Origin: Bdellovibrionales bacterium
GTDB lineage: Bacteria; Bdellovibrionota; Bdellovibrionia; Bdellovibrionales; JAMPXM01
DNA: 14,987 bases
Direction: 5' to 3'
Assembly: GCA_043739185.1 (NCBI GenBank)
Contig: JAYUEN010000245.1
Span: 1 to 14,987 of the forward strand
The translations under genes were made by a program, and so were the position numbers. This document shows, piece after piece, positions 7,621-14,987 of this stretch. The notes beneath the pieces are model-generated. The model did not search any database, was not told the DNA's origin, and worked only from the letters and a program-made list of their open reading frames with translations. Every line of letters starts with the position of its first letter. Positions within the stretch are counted from its first letter, which is position 1.

Positions 7621-10600
7621 GTGAAACCTAAAGTCAATCTTGCTGATACCCTGAAAAATGAATTTGAACCTGGCATCAGGGTTAGAGGCAAAGACTTCTT
7701 TTTAGAAGGCAAGGTCACGCTCTTACATGATGGTGATGAATATGTTCACTTTCAAGTTAGAGATTCAAGTGATTATGAAACCCAGATTGAATACCGTGAT
7801 GAAGACGAGGCCTTTGAACTTGAATGCACCTGTCCGTATTTCGAAGACAGTTTTTTCTGCAAACACCTTTGGGCTTCGGTCCTTGAGACCGATCGCTTGC
7901 ATTTGATGCCCACACTCATAGGTGGTGAAACTGTGATCCGAGATGTAACTCCTGAAGACGCGCGTTTGGCTCCGAATTGGCAAGATGTTTTGGCACAAAT
8001 CCAGAGAAAAATTGAGCGCGATCAAATCTACAAAAGCGGAAAATCAATCAAGGGTCAAGCGCCTGAGAGAAACGCCAATCCTCGCGTCGGACAATATGCT
8101 ATCAATGTTCCAAGTAGCATCGATCGAAATCAAATTCAGCTGCACCTTTATGTTCAAATGCGCCTTAAAAAAGGTGCTACGGGTTCACTCAAGGCTGCTG
8201 AATTGAATCACGCAAAAATTCAGTTTTATGAAGCTCCTGAAGAGCGTGAATTTTTGTGGGATCTGATTGGGCGCACTGAAATTATCAGCTCTTTTTACAA
8301 TAGCAGCTCGACGCACTCAAAAATCAATAGCCTTAGCCTAACGCCAGGTCATGCTGACTCTATTTTGCGAAAAATCTCAGACTCCGGAAAACTTTATCAG
8401 CTACAAGGTGAAAGCGCTAGGTACTACGGCTTTTACGATACTCCCAACTTGAAGCCAATACGATATGAAAAAGACCTTTGGAGTCTGCAATTTCGACTAG
8501 TCAAAACCGAAAATACCTATTTCTTAAATGGTGAGCTCGTCAATCAAGAGGGACAGCTTCGCTCAATTGATCATATTCGCGGATGGATGGAGCATTTTAT
8601 TTTTTACGATGACTCCATTGCCCGATCCGACTTGAGTGAACATTTGATGTGGTACGAGTTGATTAAGGCTCGCCCCTTGCCGCTTGCTGAAAATGAGCTC
8701 GAAAGTTTTCTTGATTATTTCTGGAACCAATCGCAAGCACCCATCGCAATTGAATTGCCGGCAGAATTTCAAATGGATGAAAAACGCGCCGACACCCCGA
8801 CCCCTCAAATTTCATTTGAAACCAGTACAAATCGCGGCTCCTTTGCGGCCAAACTTTCATTTGGCTATGGCGAAGACGTCGCTCACGCTGGTACGGGACG
8901 ATATCTTTATAATATTTCAAGACGCGAAAAGCTTTTGAGAAATCTTGAGTTTGAAAATCAATGTTTATTGCTGCTACGAGAATTGAGTATGGTTGAATCA
9001 GAAGACCTCGCGATTCATGCCTATTTTACGAGTGATCAGTTTTTACCCATTGTCGAAAAACTTCTTTCTCTCGGCTGGCAAGTTTTTGCAAAATCGCAAA
9101 AAATTCAGCAAGGCTCAGATTACAAGGTTCACATTTCTTCAGGCATAGATTGGTTTGATGTGAATGCCGATATTAAATTTGGCCAGAATATTCTTCGCAT
9201 GCCGCAACTCTTGCACGCGCTGAAATCAGGCGAAAGAATGATCAGTTTAGATGATGGCTCACTCGGAATTTTACCTGAAGAATGGCTGCGTAAATTGGCC
9301 CCATTTGTTGGTTTATCTAAGGCAACTGATGAAGGACTTCGCATCAGTAAAGTTCAAGCACTCTTTTTAACCGCAAGTTTAGATGAAAATATCAAATTTA
9401 GTTCAGATCAAAAATTTAAGAGTTTAAAAAATATCATTACTGATCTCAAAAACTTAAATCCGGAAGAAAGCAGTCCCAACTTGCAAGGCCAACTTCGAGA
9501 TTATCAAAAGACCGGACTGTCGTGGTTAAAAACCATCGCAAAGCATGAGATAGGCGGCGTTTTAGCTGACGATATGGGGCTCGGCAAAACTATTCAAGTC
9601 TTGGCATTACTTGCAAATGTGAATTCGAAATTGCCCAATTTGGTTTTAGCACCAAAGAGTCTTATTTTTAATTGGCAAAATGAAGCCGCAAAATTTACTC
9701 CCCACCTCAAAGTACTGGTTTATGCCGGCGGAAGTCGCCAGAGCTTAATAAAGCTCATTCCAAAATACGATATTATTCTCTCAACCTATCAGACTCTACG
9801 AAATGATATTGAAGCTTTTCAAAGCATTCAATTTCAATATCTCATTTTAGATGAAGCCCATAATTTGAAAAACTCGCAGTCGCAAATCACCATGGCCGCA
9901 AAACTTATTCTGGCTGAAAAGAAAATTGCGTTGACCGGCACTCCTGTCGAAAATTCTTTAATGGATCTTTTTTCAATTTTATCAGTCGTGACTCCAGGTC
10001 TTGTCAGCGACGCACAGGCAAGTCGCTGGGTCAAAGAGGCAGAACCTGAGGTCATTGGCAGGCTCGCTCGAGCGCTCACACCTTTTATATTACGACGAAC
10101 CAAAGAACAGGTCTTAAAAGATCTTCCTGAAAAGTCAGAACAGGTTCTTTACTGCGAATTATCGACCAATGAACGCTTAAAATATGACGAGCTTAAAGAA
10201 TTTTATTGGGGACAGCTTTCAGGTAAAATTGAAGAGAAAGGCTTAGCTAAATCGAAGATCGAAGTCTTAGAAGCCCTTTTGCGATTGCGCCAAGCCGCCT
10301 GTCATCAGGGGCTTCTCGATACTAAATTCAAAGACGGAACCTCGACTAAGTTTGAGCTTGTGATCGAGCAGCTTGAAAGTGTCATTAAGGATGGCCACAA
10401 GGCCCTGGTCTTTTCACAGTTCACCACTCTCTTGGGTCTATTTAGTAAAGAGCTTGATAAACGAGGCATTGTTTTCGAATACCTCGATGGTAAAACTTTT
10501 AATCGCGAAGAGCGAGTTACAAACTTTCAAGAAAATAAAAACTGCCAAGTTTTTTTATTGAGTTTAAAAGCCGGTGGTGTGGGTTTAAATTTGACCGCTG

Positions 10601-10848
10601 CCGACTATGTTTTTATCTTAGATCCTTGGTGGAATCCAGCCGCCGAATCTCAAGCCATTGATCGAACACATCGTATCGGCCAAACCAAAAAGGTTTTCGC
10701 TTATAAGATAATTGCCAAGGATACCGTCGAAGAAAAAATCCTGGCACTGCAAGAAAAGAAGAAGAAATTGGCAAAGGCTGTCATTTCGGGTGACGCAAGT
10801 CTTCTTAAAAGCTTGAATATTGAGGACCTGAAAGATTTGTTTATTTAG
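7621..10848 (+). CDS. SNF2-family helicase/ATPase with N-terminal SWIM zinc finger
   Basis: SWIM motif CTC-x8-CKH. Helicase motifs: Q-motif LRDYQ, I LADDMGLGKT, II DEAH, III LTGTP, V SLKAGGVGLNL, VI QAIDRTHRIGQ. AGGA upstream of the GTG start. Confidence 0.96.
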   Translation: MKPKVNLADTLKNEFEPGIRVRGKDFFLEGKVTLLHDGDEYVHFQVRDSSDYETQIEYRDEDEAFELECTCPYFEDSFFCKHLWASVLETDRLHLMPTLIGGETVIRDVTPEDARLAPNWQDVLAQIQRKIERDQIYKSGKSIKGQAPERNANPRVGQYAINVPSSIDRNQIQLHLYVQMRLKKGATGSLKAAELNHAKIQFYEAPEEREFLWDLIGRTEIISSFYNSSSTHSKINSLSLTPGHADSILRKISDSGKLYQLQGESARYYGFYDTPNLKPIRYEKDLWSLQFRLVKTENTYFLNGELVNQEGQLRSIDHIRGWMEHFIFYDDSIARSDLSEHLMWYELIKARPLPLAENELESFLDYFWNQSQAPIAIELPAEFQMDEKRADTPTPQISFETSTNRGSFAAKLSFGYGEDVAHAGTGRYLYNISRREKLLRNLEFENQCLLLLRELSMVESEDLAIHAYFTSDQFLPIVEKLLSLGWQVFAKSQKIQQGSDYKVHISSGIDWFDVNADIKFGQNILRMPQLLHALKSGERMISLDDGSLGILPEEWLRKLAPFVGLSKATDEGLRISKVQALFLTASLDENIKFSSDQKFKSLKNIITDLKNLNPEESSPNLQGQLRDYQKTGLSWLKTIAKHEIGGVLADDMGLGKTIQVLALLANVNSKLPNLVLAPKSLIFNWQNEAAKFTPHLKVLVYAGGSRQSLIKLIPKYDIILSTYQTLRNDIEAFQSIQFQYLILDEAHNLKNSQSQITMAAKLILAEKKIALTGTPVENSLMDLFSILSVVTPGLVSDAQASRWVKEAEPEVIGRLARALTPFILRRTKEQVLKDLPEKSEQVLYCELSTNERLKYDELKEFYWGQLSGKIEEKGLAKSKIEVLEALLRLRQAACHQGLLDTKFKDGTSTKFELVIEQLESVIKDGHKALVFSQFTTLLGLFSKELDKRGIVFEYLDGKTFNREERVTNFQENKNCQVFLLSLKAGGVGLNLTAADYVFILDPWWNPAAESQAIDRTHRIGQTKKVFAYKIIAKDTVEEKILALQEKKKKLAKAVISGDASLLKSLNIEDLKDLFI

Positions 10849-10956
10849 ATCTTTACGCTGCCTTAGCAAAGCTTGAAATCAATTAGTATTTTCACTGGTT
10901 TTTTAGTCTCTATATGAAAAGCTACGCTCAAATCAAAATATTTCTTTTGAATATTG

Positions 10957-11044
10957 TAAACTGGGCCCTTAGACTGTGCAAAAGTGAATTAGTACCTGCT
11001 TTTACTAAAATTTTTTGCTCTTTACAGTCTACGGGCCCAGTTTA
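10957..11044. repeat. Long imperfect inverted repeat (88-nt hairpin) between convergent genes
   Basis: Nested arms TAAACTGGGCCC/GGGCCCAGTTTA (12 bp), TAGACTGT/ACAGTCTA (8 bp), GCAAAA/TTTTGC (6 bp) and TTAGTA/TACTAA (6 bp). Confidence 0.85.
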
Positions 11045-11078
11045 AAATTTGAAAGCTGACGAGTACCTAATCTATATA

Positions 11079-11963
11079 TTAGGCTCCGGTTTTTATGCCA
11101 ATCTCAAATTGAAATGGCCCCCCAGGAGAGTCAAATAGCACGCTGAATCCTGGGTCTGGCATAACATGAGGAACAGAAAGATTTTGATCGGCCACGAGTG
11201 ATGGTACAGCGCGATCAATTTCATAACCTCTTTCAACCAAATTGGGCCGTGCGGTCTCGAAAATTTGGTACATGAATTCGCCTGCGCCCATGGCAAGCTC
11301 CATGGTCACCTTCTTAAATTCGAGTCCGGTTGCTTGATTGAGCAAATACAAATATGTTTGCTCCGGAAAACAAAGGCCCACGGTTCCGCGAATGCTTTGG
11401 CTTGAAAGGGCAATGAAAGAAGCCACATCAACCTGAATTAAACTTGCGCCATTAACTTTACGCTTGGTTGAAGATTTTAGTTTTACGGGCACATTACAAA
11501 GATCATTGAAAACATAAACCGACGAAGTGATGATAATATTTAGAAACTCGGCGTCTACTTTGACACGTGGTGATTTATCAGTCGTTTTTTCACTCTTGGT
11601 AAGGTTTTGCGGCGACTCAACTTTCATTTTAACTTTACCAAAGACTCTTGGTGCTTCAGCATCTGGTTGTTTCGTTCGTTTATAAGAAAGTGCTTTTGGC
11701 TCGGGTGGTTGTTTGACACTCAAATAATTTACATAATTTTGCTTCTGGCTATTCTTAATCATGAACTGAAAGCTCTCAAGCTTCATAATCTTTTCTTTTT
11801 TATCAGGACCAAAAATCGCACCTTGCCGCAACCAATGTAAAACTTTTTGATTTTTTTCTAGATATAAAAAGCAATCGAAGGGAATCTCAGTGCCGATTTC
11901 TAATTTATCGACTTCAATGGTAAAAAAATTACCTAAGTCATCTGGATTTTCATCTTGACTCAT
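11079..11963 (-). CDS. CheX-domain fusion protein with degenerate phosphatase motif
   Basis: The C-terminal ~155 aa follow the CheX pattern (DAEFLN...DVASFIAL...RGTVGLCFP...GE...AVPSLV...F.SPGGPF.FEI). The E-x-x-N motif reads E-F-M-Y. A separate ~85-aa N-terminal domain is joined by a Lys/Pro-rich linker. Confidence 0.8.
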   Translation of the reverse strand: MSQDENPDDLGNFFTIEVDKLEIGTEIPFDCFLYLEKNQKVLHWLRQGAIFGPDKKEKIMKLESFQFMIKNSQKQNYVNYLSVKQPPEPKALSYKRTKQPDAEAPRVFGKVKMKVESPQNLTKSEKTTDKSPRVKVDAEFLNIIITSSVYVFNDLCNVPVKLKSSTKRKVNGASLIQVDVASFIALSSQSIRGTVGLCFPEQTYLYLLNQATGLEFKKVTMELAMGAGEFMYQIFETARPNLVERGYEIDRAVPSLVADQNLSVPHVMPDPGFSVLFDSPGGPFQFEIGIKTGA

Positions 11964-12850
11964 AAAAACTCAATTTCATCGTTGTTTTTAGTTGGATCAC
12001 TCTTTGATAAATCAAACAAACTTTGGTGAGCTAAATTGTAAAAACCAATGCTACAAGCAAAGGTCTCGGTGCTATCAATGGCATGAACCGAAGGATAAAA
12101 TTTCATGGTCTGAACATAGGGTACGCGAGATAAATCAAATACCGTCGGGAGCCCGAGCTTCATATCAATACCTAGCTTTACTATATTTTGAATAATCACA
12201 CCCATGGCCTGGTTGAAGGACTCCTTCAGAATATCCCAAGCTTTTTCTTTTTTGTCTGGCGGCACCAGGGACAAAATTGAAGACCACTTCACACGCACCG
12301 AACACATGCCGACGATGTCACCAGCTGACATCGAGTAGTTGAGCTGAAAATCGAAACCACCATGCGCCTGTTTACCTAATGAAAATCCGCCTACGTCTTT
12401 AAAAAAACTTGGCAATACCAAATTCAAGGCATGCAAAAGCATTCGGTCTAATCCGACCGGGGTCATTTTACTAAAAAATTGATCAAAGCTTTCTTGCCAA
12501 ATTTGATCTTCATTCACGGCTTTCACTTGAATAAAATCAGTTGAAGGAATTTCATGGGTTTGGGTATCTAGAGTATAAATCATGATCGGCACCAATTTTG
12601 ACTTTGGGAATTCTTCCTTTAGAAATTGCCGAATATCATTTTTTTCACTTTCTGTAAAATCGTCCATATTGACAATAATTCCGACGATCGAATCGGTGAC
12701 ATCTTTCACACCAATCATTTCATCTAAACTCTTGCACAAAAAACTTCGACAACGATTTTGAATGCTTGATTCTTCAAGGCGTCTGACAAAATCAGCTGAT
12801 GTTCCCAGCGCGAGTAGATAACTACAGTTTGGAAATATAGGGGCGCCCAC
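11960..12850 (-). CDS. CheX/CheC-like domain protein with an N-terminal degenerate receiver-like region
   Basis: D-x3-E-S-F-N-Q-x2-G and downstream GLPTV match the CheX/CheC signature. RBS AGGAG precedes the GTG start. ATGA overlap with the next gene. Confidence 0.65.
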   Translation of the reverse strand: MGAPIFPNCSYLLALGTSADFVRRLEESSIQNRCRSFLCKSLDEMIGVKDVTDSIVGIIVNMDDFTESEKNDIRQFLKEEFPKSKLVPIMIYTLDTQTHEIPSTDFIQVKAVNEDQIWQESFDQFFSKMTPVGLDRMLLHALNLVLPSFFKDVGGFSLGKQAHGGFDFQLNYSMSAGDIVGMCSVRVKWSSILSLVPPDKKEKAWDILKESFNQAMGVIIQNIVKLGIDMKLGLPTVFDLSRVPYVQTMKFYPSVHAIDSTETFACSIGFYNLAHQSLFDLSKSDPTKNNDEIEFL

Positions 12851-12975
12851 TCTATTTTGCTCCTACGAACATTAATTTTATTATTATATAATGTTCAATT
12901 CGCCAATCATAACTCGTAAGGCTCACTTCACATTTATACTGATATATTATAGCACCAGGTGTTTTTGATTTGGTA

Positions 12976-14214
12976 TCAATTTATCTCGCGATCACTCACT
13001 CGACGAAAAGCCAGCACCGCATTTGTGCCGCCAAAAGCAAATGAATTATTGAGAGCAATTTTTAAATTAAAATCCGGCTCAGACTTTTCGAGAACAAGCG
13101 AAACCTTGCATTCCGAATCTTGTTTTTTACAAAATGCATTTGGTGGCATCTGACCTTTATACAAACTCATCGCACAAATTACGGACTCAAGGGCCCCTGA
13201 AGCTCCCAGTAAATGTCCATGCATTGATTTGGTCGAACTTACCTTAGTCTGGCTCATGTCTGCACCCCAAACTTCATTAAGTGAAGCACACTCAACGGAA
13301 TCTCCTACCTTCGTAGCAGTGCCGTGGGCATTGATGTAGCCGATCTCATGTGGTTGCAGGTGAGCGTCTTGTAAAGCGGACCGAAGCGCACGAACTTGTC
13401 CGCTGCTATCAGGCTTTGCAATATGATTGGCATCGCAACTCAAACCATAACCAATAATTTCAGCATAAATCTTGGCGCCTCTTGCTTTTGCCAAATCAGT
13501 TCTTTCTAAATACAAAACTGCGGCACCTTCAGAAAGTACTAAGCCACTGCGATCGAGGGCAAAGGGCCTGCAGCTTGTTTCTGGTGATGAAATATCGACC
13601 TGTGCAAGTGTTCGCATAAACTGCCATGCACGGATGACTCCACTGACCAGGATAGACTCCGCACCCCCCACCAGCGCATGAGTAAGAGCTCCACTTGAAA
13701 TGGCGCGAAAGGCTTCTCCAATAGCTACAGAGGACGAAGCACATGCCACAGAATAAGTTAATACAGGTCCGTGAATCCCAAAACGCATTGCCAGATGGGC
13801 GGCCGGCGCATTGGTCATACTTGCAATAACGGTCAAGGGTGAGAATCTCGGATGCTCTGAGAAATGGGCGGCATAGGCTTGCTCGAGTGAATTGGCGCCC
13901 CCCATCCCACATCCGAAATAACATCCTGCTTTTTCAAAATCTGAAGTTTTAGGCTTGGCATCGGCAACTGCCATTTCAGCGGCGGCAATCGCAAATTGGC
14001 TGACGCGATCTATGCCTGACAATTGAGGCTTTGAAATCCAAGTGTTTGGATCAAAATCTACTATGCCTGCAATTGTGGGAACTCCATTTGATAATTGCGG
14101 ATCGAGTAATTTGAGGCCTGAAGTCTTACTCATGAGTGCATCAAAAAAAATCTCGTGATTTAAGCCCAATGGACTGACCACGCCGACTCCAGTTATGGCC
14201 ACAGAATGCTTCAC
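12976..14214 (-). CDS. Beta-ketoacyl-ACP synthase (FabF/NodE-like)
   Basis: Cys-His-His triad in VACASS, NAHGTAT and STKSMHGHLLGA, plus SCRPF and NSFAFGGTNA. The GTG start overlaps the ACP stop (GTGA). Confidence 0.96.
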   Translation of the reverse strand: MKHSVAITGVGVVSPLGLNHEIFFDALMSKTSGLKLLDPQLSNGVPTIAGIVDFDPNTWISKPQLSGIDRVSQFAIAAAEMAVADAKPKTSDFEKAGCYFGCGMGGANSLEQAYAAHFSEHPRFSPLTVIASMTNAPAAHLAMRFGIHGPVLTYSVACASSSVAIGEAFRAISSGALTHALVGGAESILVSGVIRAWQFMRTLAQVDISSPETSCRPFALDRSGLVLSEGAAVLYLERTDLAKARGAKIYAEIIGYGLSCDANHIAKPDSSGQVRALRSALQDAHLQPHEIGYINAHGTATKVGDSVECASLNEVWGADMSQTKVSSTKSMHGHLLGASGALESVICAMSLYKGQMPPNAFCKKQDSECKVSLVLEKSEPDFNLKIALNNSFAFGGTNAVLAFRRVSDREIN

Positions 14215-14516
14215 TCGATGCTATCTACTTCGGCATTTCTATGCTCAGAGACAGTCGTTGCTTGTTGGTTTTTTTCTTGCTTTGGGATTAATTTGATTTC
14301 ATCTACAATGCGCGCCAAATCGAGCAAAGTCTTCATTTGGTATTTGTCTTCGGGAATTCGAATATTAAAATATTCTTCAATTTCAAACAATAGTTCAATT
14401 TGGGAGAGTGAATCCATTCCGAATTCAAGCATTGGCTTTTCGTCGGAGAGAATTTTTGCGTCGATTGCCAACTTCTTCACTATCAAATCTTTAATTTGAC
14501 CTAAAGTTTCCGACAT
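14211..14516 (-). CDS. Acyl carrier protein with C-terminal extension
   Basis: Phosphopantetheine site GMDSL and helix II pattern IELLFEIEEYFNIRIP. GGAGG (14526-14522) precedes ATG 14516, which is favoured over ATG 14549. Confidence 0.92.
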   Translation of the reverse strand: MSETLGQIKDLIVKKLAIDAKILSDEKPMLEFGMDSLSQIELLFEIEEYFNIRIPEDKYQMKTLLDLARIVDEIKLIPKQEKNQQATTVSEHRNAEVDSIE

Positions 14517-14558
14517 AATGACCTCCGGTTTTGTTTGTAACCCATGCAAATATCAATG

Positions 14559-14728
14559 AGCTCCTGAGATTGCAACTCTTAAGCCATAAGAGATCATTCT
14601 TTTTTGTAGGTACTGAATTCAAATCAGTCTCAAAGGCAGCCGCAACCGTCAACTGTTTGGCTGTTTCGGTCTCTGGGATCAGGAGCTGTTAACCGAATGC
14701 GGTTTGCCGGCCCCTGAAGCTCCCGACA
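14559..14728 (-). ncRNA. Candidate structured RNA / cis-regulatory leader upstream of the ACP-KS pair
   Basis: Several hairpins plus a 9-nt segment with two alternative partners, in an ORF-free intergenic region with a GC-rich distal part. It matches no RNA family I recognise, and the strand is not certain. Confidence 0.4.
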
Positions 14729-14739
14729 CTAAACAAAAT

Positions 14740-14987
14740 CTACATTGTCTTAGCTTTTAGATATTCATCTGAAAATATTTGATTGAGCTTAGGACAGAAG
14801 AAATTAATATTTTTTTGATAGGACTCACTAAAATGGTCTGGATCCGGAAGAATCCCATACAACTCAGAGAAAAAATCGAGATCCTCGCCAGAATATTTTG
14901 TGTGTAAATAAGTATCTAGATTTTTAAAACCATTTTGAAAATCAGCATCTCCTTGCTCGGACAATTTGAGTAAGATCGCCATTGAAG
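14740..14987 (-). CDS. Hypothetical protein, probably the C-terminus of a gene entering from beyond the window edge
   Basis: At least 80 codons ending at TAG 14740-14742. The frame stays open from ATG 14982 to the window edge. Confidence 0.6.
   Translation of the reverse strand, partial: SMAILLKLSEQGDADFQNGFKNLDTYLHTKYSGEDLDFFSELYGILPDPDHFSESYQKNINFFCPKLNQIFSDEYLKAKTM

Noticed and set aside
7621..10848. SNF2 helicase as part of an anti-phage system (DISARM or Zorya-like)
   Set aside because: The SWIM-SNF2 architecture is the common stand-alone bacterial type, and no methylase, nuclease or other defence partner is adjacent.
7765..10869. Nine short alternative-frame or antisense ORFs inside the SNF2 gene
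   Set aside because: Nested in or almost entirely overlapping a clearly real gene, with no motifs. They are shadow ORFs.
11093..12195. Short ORFs within the CheX-like genes (11093-11296, 11607-11840, 11992-12195)
   Set aside because: Nested in supported genes with implausible composition.
12959..14499. Short ORFs overlapping the KS and ACP genes (12959-13153, 13472-13681, 13529-13924, 13539-13721, 14206-14499)
   Set aside because: They overlap well-supported genes and have no recognisable features.
14655..14685. CUGAU...GAAAC on the minus strand suggested a hammerhead ribozyme core
   Set aside because: It reads CUGAUCC rather than CUGANGA, and no proper stem II forms.
14559..14687. Terminal inverted repeats suggested 6S RNA or a retron msr-msd
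   Set aside because: At about 130 nt and multibranched, it is not the long rod with a central bubble of 6S RNA. No reverse transcriptase gene is visible in the window.
14690..14712. GGCAAACC on the minus strand suggested a c-di-GMP-I (GEMM) riboswitch
   Set aside because: The GNRA-capped P2 and the following GACGCAAAGC-type junction are absent.

Overview
A roughly 40% GC bacterial chromosomal segment. The gene types (small OMP beta-barrel, CheX fusion proteins, arylsulfotransferase-like propeller, long secreted hypothetical) suggest a Bdellovibrionota/Oligoflexia-like organism; this is inference only. Left to right: an arylsulfotransferase-like secreted protein, an alpha/beta hydrolase, a small ORF with a synonymous-divergent internal repeat, a 677-aa secreted hypothetical, a COG2426-like membrane protein, a hypothetical, an XRE regulator overlapped by a convergent ORF, an OMP with its terminator, a SWIM-SNF2 helicase, an 88-nt intergenic hairpin, two translationally coupled CheX-domain genes (one with a degenerate active site), and an ACP plus ketosynthase pair that resembles NodF/NodE more than housekeeping AcpP/FabF. 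The ACP/ketosynthase pair is preceded by a ~170-nt structured leader with mutually exclusive pairings. No rRNA, tRNA, CRISPR array, transposase or integrase was seen. The best leads are the switch-like leader with the NodFE-like module, the active/pseudo CheX pair, and the long hairpin. All family calls come from motif recognition by eye, not database searches.
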